A DNA stretch of 64,000 nucleotides, taken from contig OX597823.1 of NCBI GenBank assembly GCA_951406725.2, forward strand, positions 14,632,001 through 14,696,000, given 5' to 3'. The stretch is from Octopus vulgaris (Eukaryota). Shown in pieces: positions 1 to 12,222 of this stretch. Made by a program: the position numbers and the translations under genes. The notes under the pieces are model-generated. The model did no database searches. It saw only the letters and a list, made by a program, of their open reading frames with translations, and was not told the origin of the DNA. Within the stretch, counting starts at the first letter, position 1. Each line of letters begins with the position of its first letter.

Positions 1-175
1 AGCTGTATCGGCCTTTGTCTTTCCCTTGGATAACACTGGTGGCGTGGAGAGGGGAGGCTGGTATACATGGGCGACTGCTGGTCTTCCATAAACAACCTTG
101 CCCGGACTTGTGTCTAGGAGGGTAACTTTCTAGGTGCAATCCCATGGTCATTCATGACCGAAGGGGGTCTTTACC

Positions 176-178
<3 letters not shown>
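1..178 (+). mobile_element. Probable 3' portion of a SINE/LINE-like repeat (5' part outside the window)
   Basis: GC-richer block ending in a GGTCAT-TC-ATGACC hairpin and TTTACCCTT, then running into (TA)n; no second copy in the window. Confidence 0.4.
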
Positions 179-227
<49 letters not shown>

Positions 228-242
228 GTATATATGTGTATG

Positions 243-273
<31 letters not shown>

Positions 274-309
274 ACGTATGTATGTATGTATATATATTTA
301 TGAATATAT

Positions 310-472
310 TTGCGTTTGTTTCTTCCTCTGCCATCGCTTGACAAGCGCAAAAGCAACCGATAGAATAAGTACTTGGCTGCCAAAGAATAAGTCATAGGGT
401 CGATTTCTTCGACTAAAACCCTCTAAGGCGATGCTCCAGCATGGCCACAGTCAAATAGCTGAGACAAATAAA
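310..472 (+). mobile_element. SINE family A, 3' fragment
   Basis: Matches the 3' half of the 6419-6836 copy (CCGATAGAATAAGTAC, GCTCCAGCATGGCCACAGTCAAAT). Confidence 0.8.
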
Positions 473-611
473 TGGGTCGTCTGCATCGTTCGAGCGACTA
501 CCTGCATAACATAAGACAGCTCCATCAGAGCTGACTTCCTGTCGTAAACATAATTAAGAAGCAAAAAGAAAAATAAATAAATAAACATCTGCACACGAAG
601 GTAGCTATATA

Positions 612-1153
612 TTCTTTTCTACTCTAGGCACAAGGCCCGAAATTTTTGAGACAGGGGACCAGTAGATTAGATCGAACCCAGTACGCAACTGGGACTTAAT
701 TTATCGACTCCGAAAGGGTGAAAGGCAAAGTTGACTTCGGCGGAATTTGAACTCAGAACGTAAAGTCAGACGAAATACCTATTTCTTTACTACCCACAGA
801 GACGGCAAACAAGGACAGACAAACGGATTAAGTCGATTATATCGATCCCAGTGCGTAACTGGTACTTATTTAATCGATCATGAAAGGGTGAAAGGCAAAG
901 TTGACCTCAGCGGAATTTGAACTCAGAACGTAGCGGCAGACGAAATACCTATTTCTTTACTACCCACAAGGGGCTAAACATAGAGGAGACAAAAAAGGAC
1001 AGACAAATGGATTAAGTCGATTACATCGGTCCCAGTGCGTAACTGGTACTTAATTTATCGACCCCGAAAGGATGAAAGGCAAAGTCGACCTCGGCGGAAT
1101 TTGAACTCAGAACGTAGCGGCAGACGAAATACCGCAAAGCATTTCGCCCGGCG
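612..1153 (-). mobile_element. SINE family B, trimeric (three tandem bodies)
   Basis: GAAAGGCAAAG...CGGAATTTGAACTCAGAACGTA recurs at about 720, 890 and 1074; head fragment at 1135-1153; alternative tail TTCTTTTCTACTCTAGGCACAAGGCCCGAAA at 612. Confidence 0.85.
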
Positions 1154-1225
1154 TTGTTTTGTTGTTTGTTTTTTTCCAGTTTCAGCTCTTGAGCTGTGGC
1201 CATGCTGGGGCACCGCCAACATTTC

Positions 1226-1420
1226 TTATTTCTTTATTGCCCACAAGGGACTAAACAAAGAGGGGGCAAAGAGATTAAGTCGTTAACATCCATCCCAGTG
1301 CGTAACTGGTACTTAATTTATCGACCTCGAAAGGATGAAACGCAAAGTCGACCTCGGCAGAATTTGAACTCAGAACATAAAGACAGACGAAATATCGCTA
1401 AGCATTTCTGCCAGCCCGCT
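1226..1420 (-). mobile_element. SINE family B, monomer (degenerate)
   Basis: Same body and tail as other family B copies. Confidence 0.8.
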
Positions 1421-1604
1421 GCCCTGAGGTGGCTATATATTATCATAGTTTGAAATGCAGCTCTAGGGTGATTTAAGCTACCAGGAAAACATGCTGCGAA
1501 GAAAAGAACTGTAGTACTTTTAGTAACTTCACTCCATCCACCCACTTCTACTAGAATATTCAAACAATAAGGGGTCATAGGGGAAGCCTGTCTGCAGGCT
1601 GTCA

Positions 1605-1790
1605 GCATGCTAGATCTAGCAGCCAAAATTCCTTATAATACATTCTAACGTCTTGTACGAAAAAAAAAAGATAATGAAACCATCGACATAAAAATGCCAA
1701 AAAAAAATAATAAACTGGGTTATCCAATGCTGTAACATCTTTGATCTGTTCGAGTAAGACTAACCTAGGGTTAAATAAAAACAAAGAAAA
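1605..1790 (-). repeat. Dispersed repeat family D (degenerate)
   Basis: TGCTAGATCTAGCAGCCAAA is the reverse complement of the TTTGGCTGCTATTTCTAGC motif seen at 5560; related pieces at 5290-5610, 12050-12300, 26570-26700, 46975-47045. Confidence 0.6.
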
Positions 1791-1949
1791 TAACAGCAGT
1801 TAAATATAAACAACAATAACGCCAACAGCAGTAGCATAAAAAAAAAACTATATCAGTCAATATCTGAAACGATCTCTTAGGACAATGTTACGAATGTAAC
1901 ATTGCCAAGACTGTTTCCCCTTCAGGGCAGGAAATACTTCAGTCTTGAT

Positions 1950-2712
1950 CAGATGCTGTGTCGATATAAAGCTAAAGGGCGACCTCATTAGGACCACCAC
2001 ATCGATATCGCCGTCTGGCAGGGCCTATAAGAGCCATAAGCACTTTCCCATCTGTGACTAATTAATTAAAAAATAAAATATCAGCTTCGGCATATTTAGC
2101 CACGGGCAACCAAAGCACCAACGGGAACACCGCCATTACCCGTACAACAATTACTAACACTAGACTAACAATAACACCAACAACAATTACAACTGTAACA
2201 CCAACAGCAATACCACAAGTAATACCACTACCACCACCACCATCACCAATACCAACAACAACAACACTGCTGCGGCTGCTGCCAACATCATCACCACCGG
2301 CTAGAACAAAAATAGTAACAACAATACCATTGAGCCCAACATCACTACAACAACCAACAACAATAACAACATCAGCACCAGTGCCACCATTACCGGCATC
2401 AACAACAACAACAACAACGACAGTGTCAACATCATCATCACTAACAGCAAAAACATCATTGTCATCACCACAACCGACAACAACGACAATATTAATAACA
2501 CCAATACCAACACCAACACCACCAATAACAACAACCACAATAACACTCACAGCACAACTACCACCACCACCACCACTACCACTACTACTTTCATCACCAA
2601 CAACAGCCGTTCAAGAACTTGGACCTGGAGATCTCCATTTCCAGCGACTTCAAGGCTCACCTCCCAGTGGTGTCGAGCGTCAACGAAGAGCCCTCGACTA
2701 CTAGACGACCAA
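1950..2712 (+). pseudogene. Possible degraded ORF1/gag-like region of a non-LTR retrotransposon
   Basis: Possible decayed zinc-knuckle-like segment near 1992-2035 (PPHRYRRLAGPIRA), Thr/Pro low-complexity tract 2110-2605, then a GC3-biased frame PFKNLDLEISISSDFKAHLPVVSSVNEEPSTTRRPK at 2607-2714. Confidence 0.3.
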
Positions 2713-2764
2713 AGTTTTTTTTTCCCATGGTCTGGGGTCTTCCGCCCCTAAGTTCTAGACCATC

Positions 2765-3153
2765 GGACGGGAAGCACTCCGTCGGTTACGACGACGAGGG
2801 TTCCGGTTGATCCGAATCAACGGAACAGCCTGCTCGTGAAATTAACGTGTAAGTGGCTGAGCACTCCACAGACACGTGTACCCTTAACGTAGTTCTCGGG
2901 GATATTCAGCGTGACACAGAGAGTGACAAGGCCGGCCCCTTGAAATACAGGTACAACAGAAACAGGAAGAAAGAGTGAGAGAAAGTTGTGGTGAAAGAGT
3001 ACAGCAGGGATCACCACCATCCCCTACCGGAGCCTCGTGGAGCTTTAGGTGTTTTCGCTCAATAAACACTCACAACGCCCGGTCTGGGAATCGAAACCGC
3101 GATCCTACGACCGCAAGTCCGCGGCCCTAACCACTGGGCCATTGCGCCTGCAC
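2765..3153 (-). mobile_element. SINE family C (tRNA-derived head), full length
   Basis: A box TGGCCCAGTGG and B box GTTTCGATTCC on minus strand; 11-bp TSD TCTAGACCATC at 2754-2764 and 3154-3164; near-identical to 23136-23526 and 53610-53997. Confidence 0.92.
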
Positions 3154-3197
3154 TCTAGACCATCACCTAATCACCCTTACCCGTCTTGTTGCTTAAG

Positions 3198-3232
<35 letters not shown>

Positions 3233-3882
3233 ATCACCAACAACAATACCAAAGCCATATCAACAATGAAGTTTGCCGCAAGTTTTTGAGTCAGGTTTTT
3301 GGTTTGTGGGAAACTCACACATTTCTTACCAAGAAATTCAGAAGGCCCCGATAAAATAGAGAGCCACGAATGCCGCCAGTCTCTCTTTGACAAAACGGTA
3401 AAAAAAATCAAACCGTTTCTGATGCTCTTTATAGCCCTTTATAATCTTTTATACCACGATTTTCCTCAGTCCACTTCGGCCCTTGAAAGTTTACTCTTCT
3501 GTCATTATTGATCATGGCCGCCTGTATTCGGTTCTTTCAGCTCATTGATTTAGTTTTCATTTCCTCGTGTTTATTTTTCTCTATCGAGTTTCTTTTTCTA
3601 ATGTATTTTATGTGATTTCAGTATTTTTAATCTTTTGCATATTATAAATCCGTTTTTCTGTACTGTCCCGTTCCTCCTCTCTCAAACCATTCTCTTTTTA
3701 TTGATGCTCTCTTCGGTGTTTTTAAGCTTCTTACCAACCCTTTCCGTCTATGTCTATTCCTGTTTCAATCTATTCGTTCCTGGGAAAGACTTGAAAACAT
3801 TAAATTTCTAAAGTAAACACTTTCAAGTCGGGCGACGATGAACTAAAAAATATGATAAACAACACTTTTTTTTTTTTCGTGC

Positions 3883-4080
3883 TTCTTTCAGTCATTGAAC
3901 TGCGACCATACTAGGGAACTGTTTTCAAGGGGTTAATCGAACAAATTGACCCCTGTACTTATTTTGTTTTTTCAAGTCTGCTAATCATTGTATCGAACTC
4001 TACTGCTGAATTGCTAAGTGATGGGGACCTAAACAAACCAACATCGGTTGTCAAGAGGTGCTGAGGTACAAGCACAAACA
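3883..4080 (-). mobile_element. SINE family A, degenerate 3' fragment
   Basis: TTTCAGTCATTGAACTGCGACCAT and AACATCGGTTGTCAAG match family A. Confidence 0.7.
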
Positions 4081-4401
4081 CGCATACACACACACACATA
4101 TATATATAACGCATGCATTTATGTATATGCATAATAAATATGTACATATGTATATATGCATATATATGTATGTATACTTGTGTGCGCGCGCGTCTCGACA
4201 AACACATGTGACGACAATAGATGTAGACCTCAATATTGTTGGGAATAGGGGAGTATATTTATTAAATGATAGTTATGGAGACTTACATTCAGGACTTTAA
4301 GTTTCTGTATCAACAACCTGATGATCGTTTCACTTCCTTACCTTGTAATAAACCCGATGTGCACAGCACCATCAATCATATATATATATGCAGCACGGAT
4401 T

Positions 4402-4452
4402 TTTGTCAGTGAACAGGTCGCGGTCTTATAGCGACGGAAATATTTTGACAAA
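4402..4452 (+). ncRNA. Minimal type I hammerhead-like motif, G3-C8 core variant
   Basis: Helix I TTTGTCA/TGACAAA (7 bp); core GTGAACA plus extra G; helix II GTCGC/GCGAC; then GGAAATATTT containing palindrome AATATT; the GAAA segment carries one deviation in either register. Confidence 0.5.
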
Positions 4453-4587
4453 TTAAACTTAAATGTTGAAGTGAATCGAACGGCTTTTGTGTGTTTCTTA
4501 AATGGCTTATAAACACCTTCCGCGCTATAATTGTTTTCGTTCCAGCACACGATCTCAGATCAAATCACTTGCTATGCAAGTACATCT

Positions 4588-4663
<76 letters not shown>

Positions 4664-4783
4664 CATACATACATACATACATACATACATACATACATAC
4701 ATACATACATACATACATACATACATACATGTGTGTGTGCTGCAGTCAAATGACAGTTACAAGTAAAATCATAAAAGAATAAA

Positions 4784-4816
<33 letters not shown>

Positions 4817-4819
<3 letters not shown>

Positions 4820-4970
4820 GGGCTTCCATACAGTGTCTGTATAACAAATTCATTCTAAAAGCATTGGTTCGAGACGGGGGGTGGTGTTAGTAGAAGACAC
4901 TTGCCTAAGACACTGCACAGTGGGATTGAACCCGAGGCTAAGTGTTTACAGACCGAGTTTCTTAACCACA
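4817..4970 (-). mobile_element. SINE family A, 5' fragment
   Basis: AGAAGACACTTGCCTAAG and CAGTGGGATTGAACCC match the family A head. Confidence 0.7.
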
Positions 4971-5289
4971 ATAAACCAAAAATGTGTTGGCAGGAGAAAA
5001 AAATAATATGTCCGGACATTGAAATCACAGGGAAAATAGGAAATTAGAATGATGAAAGATTTCATAAGCAAAAACAAAATAGCCTAAATGACAGAGAAAA
5101 ATGTACCACACGGACTAAAGAAGATTGGGAAGAGCTTCTAAAGATATTCAAGGACTGTTAATGAGGTGTCTTCATTAAAAGAAAGAAATTACAAGAAGTT
5201 ATATAGAAAGCAACTGAAAGATGTGTTTTTCTTTTTAAATTGGATAACTATATGTTTTTGCTGTTATTATTGTGGTGATGGTTCTTGCT

Positions 5290-5610
5290 GCTGTTTAGTT
5301 CTAGGTTACCTTTGATAAAGCAGTTCTATGATCAAAGTTGTTCCACCCGTGACCAAATCACGGCATATTTTTCCGGACACAGACTGTTGAGATCTACATT
5401 GTCCAAACCTCGTATTTTTTTTCAAGAATGCAGAGCGTGAAATGAAATGAGATTTAGCAGCTATTTCTAGCAGGTCGAGTGGTCTTTAAAGAGTACTTAA
5501 AAGTCTATTATTCAGTATCACGTCTATTTCAAAATACAAGTCGTTGAATGAAGGGAAATTTGGCTGCTATTTCTAGCTGGTCGAGCGACCTTATAGAAGC
5601 CCTTCTTTAA
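5290..5610 (+). repeat. Dispersed repeat family D with internal duplication
   Basis: GCTATTTCTAGCAGGTCGAG motif at about 5460 and 5566. Confidence 0.65.
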
Positions 5611-5944
5611 CCCGTTTCTGTTGCATGTTTTAATTTTGATATATTTTAAGGCGGTAGAACAAACATGCCAGCTAATTGGATACCTATCCCCGGCATCTTG
5701 GAGTCTGTGGAGTTCTCTCTATTGTATCTATCCATTCATCCATCACATTTCTCCACTCACTATTCCTGGGAGGGCCGTGTAGTTTGAATCCCTCCCCGGG
5801 CGCTTGTTATCAGAAGCAATAGTTATTACCCTTTCCGACTGGATTCCCTTACGTTAACCAACTGTGACTATACTTATTATTCAACCATCTCGTTCTTGGT
5901 CCACCCTCTAGGTCTCCTGCCGGTTGACCCGGCTTGAAGAATCC

Positions 5945-6175
5945 TATTTCTTAACTACCCACAAGGGGCTAAACACAGAGAGGACAAACACGGACAGACA
6001 GACAGATTTAGTCGATTATATCGACCCCAGTGCGTAACTGGTACTTATTTAATCTACCCTGAAAGGATGAAAGGCAAAGTCGACCTCGGCGGATTTTGAA
6101 CTCAGAACGTAACGACGGGCGAAATACTGCAAAGCATTTCGCCCGGCGTGCTAACGTTTCTCCCAGCTCGCCGCC
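5945..6175 (-). mobile_element. SINE family B, full-length monomer
   Basis: Head GGCGGCGAGCTGGGAGAAACGTTAGCACG, B box GAGTTCAAAATCC; 17-bp TSD CCCGGCTTGAAGAATCC at 5928-5944 and 6174-6190. Confidence 0.92.
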
Positions 6176-6418
6176 CGGCTTGAAGAATCCGTCTTGCAAA
6201 ATTCTTTGCTGTGACGTTCTAATCATTTGCTCATAGTACCAAAGTTCCCTCAAGAATTCAAATTAGAAGCCACAGTTTCTTCCTTACCCGTGTCTTTTCT
6301 ATAAACATAGACCTACAGATATTTAGGTTTCAAGCCAATCTTACCAGCCGGGTGTTGAGTGCTAACACTCCTCTCTATCTTGTGTAAAACATAAAGTGTT
6401 AGAAAGCGAGTGTATATA

Positions 6419-6581
6419 GGCGTAGGAGCGGCTGCGTGGTAGGTAGCTTGCTTACCAACCACATGGTTCCGGGTCCAGTCCCACTGCGTGGCACCTTGGG
6501 CAAGTGTCTTCTACTATAGCTTCGGGCCGACCAAAGCCTTGTGAGTGGATTTGGTAGACGGAAACTGAAAGAAGCCCGTCG

Positions 6582-6616
<35 letters not shown>

Positions 6617-6836
6617 ATGTTTGTGTATCTGTGTTTGCCCCCCCCCCCCAACATCGCTTGACAACCGATGCTGGTGTGTTTACGTCCCCGTAACTTAGCG
6701 GTTCGGCAAAAGAGACCGATAGAATAAGTATTAGGCTTACAAAGAATAAGTCCTGGGGTCGAGTTGCTCGACTAAAGGCGGTGCTCCGGCATGGCCACAG
6801 TCAAAATGACTGAAACAATTAAAAGAGTAAAAGAGC
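6419..6836 (+). mobile_element. SINE family A (tRNA head, CORE-like ACCTTGGGCAAGT, internal (TA)/(TG) tract), full length
   Basis: A-box-like GGCTGCGTGG, B-box-like GGTCCAGTCCC, AAAAGAGT-type tail repeats; about a dozen related copies in the window. Confidence 0.9.
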
Positions 6837-7084
6837 AAGAGAGCCAGAGAAGCTTGAAAACGCCTACTTTTAATTTATTGATATTTCAATAAACAAATTT
6901 ATTTCTGTACTCGTGTAACTTGGATAAGAGACAGTGAAAATCTTTAGTTTAGGTCGTTAGGTTTTATATACGCATTAATAAAAAGCACATTATGGTAACA
7001 TCGGTACATTAGAAAACTATGCACTCATATACGCATCAACTTTTATAACTGTATACATATACGTGTGTTTGAGTGGGTTTGGGT

Positions 7085-7395
7085 GTGTGTACATACATAT
7101 ACATACATACATACATACATATATACATACATATATATGATTGTGCGTGTATATGTATACATATACACACAGACACACATACATATATATAAATGCATAT
7201 ATATATATATATATGTATATATATGTATGTATGTATATGCATGCTCCAAATATACACACTATGTCATGAGTCCACAAATAAACACATCCACATATACTTA
7301 CTTGCATACATAAATATACATACATAGTACATATATAAACACACATATTTACACACACACAGACACACACGATACACACACACACACACACATAA

Positions 7396-7428
<33 letters not shown>

Positions 7429-7715
7429 TATGTATGTATGTATGTGTGTATGTATGTACGTATGTATGTATGTGTGTATGTATGTATGTATGTATGTATG
7501 TATGTATGTACGTACGTATGTATGTATGTATGTACGTACGTATGTATGTATGTATGTATGTATGTACGTATGTATGTATGTATGTACGTATGTACGTATG
7601 TATGTATGTATGTACGTATGTATGTATGTACGTATGTATGTATGTATGTATGTATGTATGTATGTATGTATGTATGTGTGTATGTATGTATGTGCTTGTT
7701 AGTGTGTGTAGTCGT
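7085..7715. repeat. Compound (TA)n/(CA)n/(TATG)n microsatellite
   Basis: Directly visible. Confidence 0.95.
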
Positions 7716-8271
7716 GTACGTCTGATCACATGTTATATAACGATGCTCAGATTTCTGTTTTTTTTATTAGTTTCCTCTGATATTCTGTCTGTATTCTGAT
7801 TGATTTTATTTGGTGAAAAAAATAAAAATTAATCTGATATATCAGAATAGGAATAGGAATACCATTAGTTTATAGCAGTAACATTGAAATAACGAACACA
7901 ATATCAGGAGTAGGGGGGGGGGGAGAGGAGGAGCTTACGTTAAACCTCTCAATATAACGCCCAGAGGAGATCGTGAATATTTTCCAGACTTGAGATATTT
8001 GATTCCTTTTGTTTTTCATCAAGTTATATGGTAGCATAAGAAATATATTTGTATTGGTGTCTGATGTATTTAGGCATTTTTCGCCTCAAGTCAACTCTAA
8101 TCGTGCTGATCTTTTATCAAAGGCGTTCCAACTTAGACCATGCTGTATGGTGTAGTGTGAAGACGCGTGGCCTAATGGTTAAAGTGTTGGACTCGTGAAC
8201 ATAATGATGTGGGTTCGATTTTGTGAGCAAAACAGTTTTAATTTCGCATTGCAGCAGTTAACTGAAATAAA

Positions 8272-8683
8272 TACCTGTTTCTTTACTACCCACAAGGGGC
8301 TAAACACAGGGAAGACAAACAAGGACAAACAAACGGATTAAGTCGATTACATCGACTCCAGTGCGCAACTGGTACTTATTTAATCGACCCCGAAAGGATG
8401 AAAGGCAAAGTCGACCTCGGCGGAATTTGAACTCAGAACATAACGGCAGACGAAATACCTATTTCTTTACTACCTACAAGGGACTAAACACAGAGAGGAC
8501 AAACAAGGACAAACAAACGGATTAAGTCGATTAGATCGACCCCAGTGCGTAAGTGGTACTTATTTAATCGACCCCGAAAGGATGAAAGGCAAAGTCGACC
8601 TCGGCGGAATTTGAACTCAGAACATAGCGGCAGAGGAAATACCCCTAAGCATTTCGCCCGGCGTGCTAACGATTCTGCCAATC
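8272..8683 (-). mobile_element. SINE family B, dimer
   Basis: Two bodies at 184-bp period (GAAATACC junctions at about 8452 and 8636). Confidence 0.88.
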
Positions 8684-8807
8684 CATTAATGGTGCTCCCT
8701 CCGGCTGTCACTCACATCCTGGATGCTCCATCGGATCAAGTGTGAAACGGCTGAAGTGTATTTGCTCACGACTACGTGGTTAATCCACATTACTCTGTCA
8801 GGAGATT

Positions 8808-9040
8808 AAGGCCGGTTTCCCGGTTTCTCGGGCGTATATATTCCTCCTTGGACGGGTCACCGGTCAGTCGCAGGTACTACCCATTTTTACCAGCAGAGTG
8901 GGCGGGAGCAACGTGAAATAAAATGCTTTGCTCAAGAATACAACGTGTCCTCCGGTCCAGGAATCGAGACCACAATCTTACGATCATGACTCCAATACCC
9001 TAACCAGTTAGCCATATGCCTCTACACCAAGCCATGCGCC
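8808..9040 (-). mobile_element. Family C-related tRNA SINE variant
   Basis: GGCCGGTTTCCCGGTTTC tail shared with 18770-19054; CCAGGAATCGAGACC B box. Confidence 0.7.
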
Positions 9041-10380
9041 TACATAGGCAGCTGAGATATTGCTTGGTACATGCTAGCAATTCATAGTCACTTGTGAGTT
9101 ACGACTCTAGTTAACAATAAAATGCAAAAGTTGACATTCCGTTAATCGCATGTCTCAAATTGCAAACGGCTAAAATTGCAGCGCAGCACTCTAGACACAA
9201 ATGGCAGTTTTACGCTTGAGCCAAGATTATAGCTCTTCAGTATCGTACTTCTTAATGAAATAAGTAGTCGGTATTCATTATGAATTATAAAAGAGAAATG
9301 AACCACTGTAAAAGAAAACAGATATGATGGGACAGATTATAGCAGAATGAGTGTGAACCACGTGGTGTACCCCTGTTGATCAGCTTTCATAGGGAAGGTG
9401 GTCCCATGTAGATTAAGATGAGATGGGTTTAGAAGTTTGAAATTTATATAAGAAGTAAACAGCAAAGTGTGCAAAATAAACGCATTTAATATTTCTTTTT
9501 CCTACACATTATAAAGATCTTTAAAATTTCTAGTGGTTGGTAGCCATGTACTGAGCTATTTCATCCTTTTGTGAAATCGTCAGCTCAGCATAACCCGAGG
9601 CAAATAAATTAAGCTAAATTAAACATTATACGAAGTTAGACAATTCTTATAGAAAATAGTTTGCAGTTTAATTGGTATTTACGGGGCACAACATGTCGCC
9701 CGGAGCAAAAAATCGAACCCTCGGACTTGTGATCCAGAGCTCAACACCCCTAAGCATTAGGCCACGTACCTTCATTTGTACAATTTAATAGGAATATCGG
9801 AAGAAAAGGAAGTGGAACAGATTTAGCACATGCTGAGTAAACAGGAACATCGTAAAATGGAGTGCTAGACCGGGAAGCGACATTTTTTTCCACAAAAGTT
9901 CCGGCCCCCAGTAATGAACTCATTTGCATACAACCAATCAGAGCTCACCTTGACCTTGTTGTACACAAACAACTACGCAGAGGCAGCTATGCGGATAACG
10001 AAGGATAAGATCCGTTCAGATCTCAGATTATTCTTAAACGCAAAGCCTAACATAACATTCATGAATGTGTTAAAAACAAACGTTCTATTAGTAGAAAACA
10101 TTCTACCAAATAAACTCAAGACGAAGAACGATGTTGTAAGTCGACCGATCACCAAGTTATGCCTGGTTTTAAAAGGAGACAATTAATTAGATAGATTTTA
10201 ATCTCTATCTATTATCACATTTTGTTAAGGCCCCATATGGTAAAGATGTGGATGGGAAAAATGTGGGTAGAGGGCGATGTGCGAGCAACCCTCTCCCTTT
10301 ATTGTTTTACAAAGTAAACAACAACACAAATAATTACGCAGAGGCAGCCATGGTTGAAACAACAACAAAAACAACAAGCA

Positions 10381-10919
10381 TTCTTTTCTACTCTAGGCAC
10401 AAGGCCCGAAATTTTTGGGGAAGGGGCTAGTCGATTAGGTCGACCCTAGTACGCAACTGGTACTTAATTTAATGACCCCGAATGGATGAAAGGCAAAGTC
10501 GACCTCGGTGGAATTTGAACTCAGGACGTAAAGGCAGACGAAATACCTATTTCTTTACTACCCTCAATGGGCTAAACACGGACAGGACAAAAAAGGACAG
10601 ACAAACGGATTAAGTCGATTATATCGACCCCCAGTGCGTAACTGGTACTTATTTAATCGACCTCGAAAGGATGAAAGGCAGAATATTAATTTCTTTACTA
10701 CCCACAAAGGGCTAAACACAGAGGGGACAAACAAGGACAGACAGACGAATTAAGTCGATTATATCGACCCCAGTGCGTAACAGGTACTTATTTAATCGAT
10801 CCCGAAGGGATGAAAGACTAAGTCGACCTCGGTGGAATTTGAACTCAGAACGTAGTGACAGACGAAATACGGCTACGCATTTCGCCCGGCGTGCTAACGT
10901 TTCTGCCAGCTCGCCGCCT
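10381..10919 (-). mobile_element. SINE family B, trimer (middle unit truncated)
   Basis: Full head at 10870-10919, bodies at about 10811, 10672 and 10488, alternative tail at 10381. Confidence 0.88.
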
Positions 10920-11249
10920 TGGACTATATAAATATATTGAATCACTTTATGGCAGAATATACACGTGATGCGAAACATTTGTGGCAGTTGAAAAATATAT
11001 CGAGATGTTAGCTGAACAACAACTTCAAGTATGGTGGGATGAAACCTCGTAAGTAAATCAAGTTAGGTTGATAACTTGCCAAAGAGTGGAAAGAAGTGTT
11101 ACACAAAGAGAATAAAGAAAATAAAAAATAAAATAAAATAAAGCAGCACTATCACTGAATCAATAATTAGTTTTATATCTTTATATTTTTGGCCTAAATC
11201 TCGTGGTTTGTACAATGATGGTATTACCTACGGTCACTTTTAAAACGGA

Positions 11250-11387
11250 CGCAGTAGTAGTAGTAGTAGTAGTGGTGGTAGTGGTGGTGGTGCTGGTGCT
11301 GGTGGTTCTGGTGCTGGTGGTAGTGTTGGTGTTGTGTGGTGGTGGTGTTGTTGTTGGTGGTGTAGTAGTAGTAGTTGTTGTTGTTGT

Positions 11388-11418
<31 letters not shown>

Positions 11419-11654
11419 GGTAGTGTTGGTGTTGGTGGTGGTGTTGTTGTTGGTGGTGTAGTAGTAGTAGTTGTTGTTGTTGTTGGTGGTGGTGGTGGTG
11501 GTGCTGGTGCTGGTGGTAGTGTTGGTGTTGGTGGTGGTGTTGTTGTTGTTGGTGGTGGTGTTGTTGTTGTTGTTGGTGGTGGTAGTGGTGGTGGTGGTGG
11601 TGATGGTGGTGCTGGTGCTGGTGCCGGTGCTGGTGGTAGTGTTGGTGTTGGTGG

Positions 11655-11685
<31 letters not shown>

Positions 11686-11875
11686 GTTGTTGTTGGTGGT
11701 GGTGGTAGTGGTGGTGGTGCTGGTGATGGTGGTGCTGGTGCTGGTGCTGGTGGTAGTGTTGGTGTTGGTGGTGTTGTTGTTGTTGGTGGTGGTGTGGTGG
11801 TGGTGGTGCTGGTGATGGTGGTGGTACTGGTGCTGGTGGTAGTGTTGGTGTTGGTGGTGGTGTTGTTGTTGTTGG

Positions 11876-11957
<82 letters not shown>

Positions 11958-12045
11958 GGTGGTGGTGGTGGTGGTGGTGGTGGTGGTGGTGGTGGTGGTG
12001 GTGGTGGTGGTGGTGGTCGTCGTTGTTGTTGGTGTTGTTGGCATT
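11250..12045. repeat. (GGT)/(GTT)/(GTA) cryptic trinucleotide array with higher-order blocks
   Basis: GGTGCTGGTGGTAGTGTTGGTGTTG anchor recurs about six times at irregular spacing. Confidence 0.9.
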
Positions 12046-12191
12046 TCATTCTGAGTCAGCTCTGATTGAGCAGACCTTGGATAAAAAAGCGTTTCAGATG
12101 TGACCTTCCCTTCTTCTATTCAGATGTACTGCATAGCATTATCGACTTATCTTATTTGTTCATTCATCTGTTTATTTATCTATTTATCTAT

Positions 12192-12222
<31 letters not shown>

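Noticed and set aside
3300-3830. Purine-biased coding-like sequence on the minus strand
   Set aside because: Many stops and no recognisable motif; cannot be assigned
4318-4340. CTGATGA near the G3-C8 motif
   Set aside because: No helix II followed by GAAA could be found
11181-12054. Long ORFs of 269-287 aa in three frames
   Set aside because: Translation of stop-free trinucleotide repeats; no domain or splice evidence
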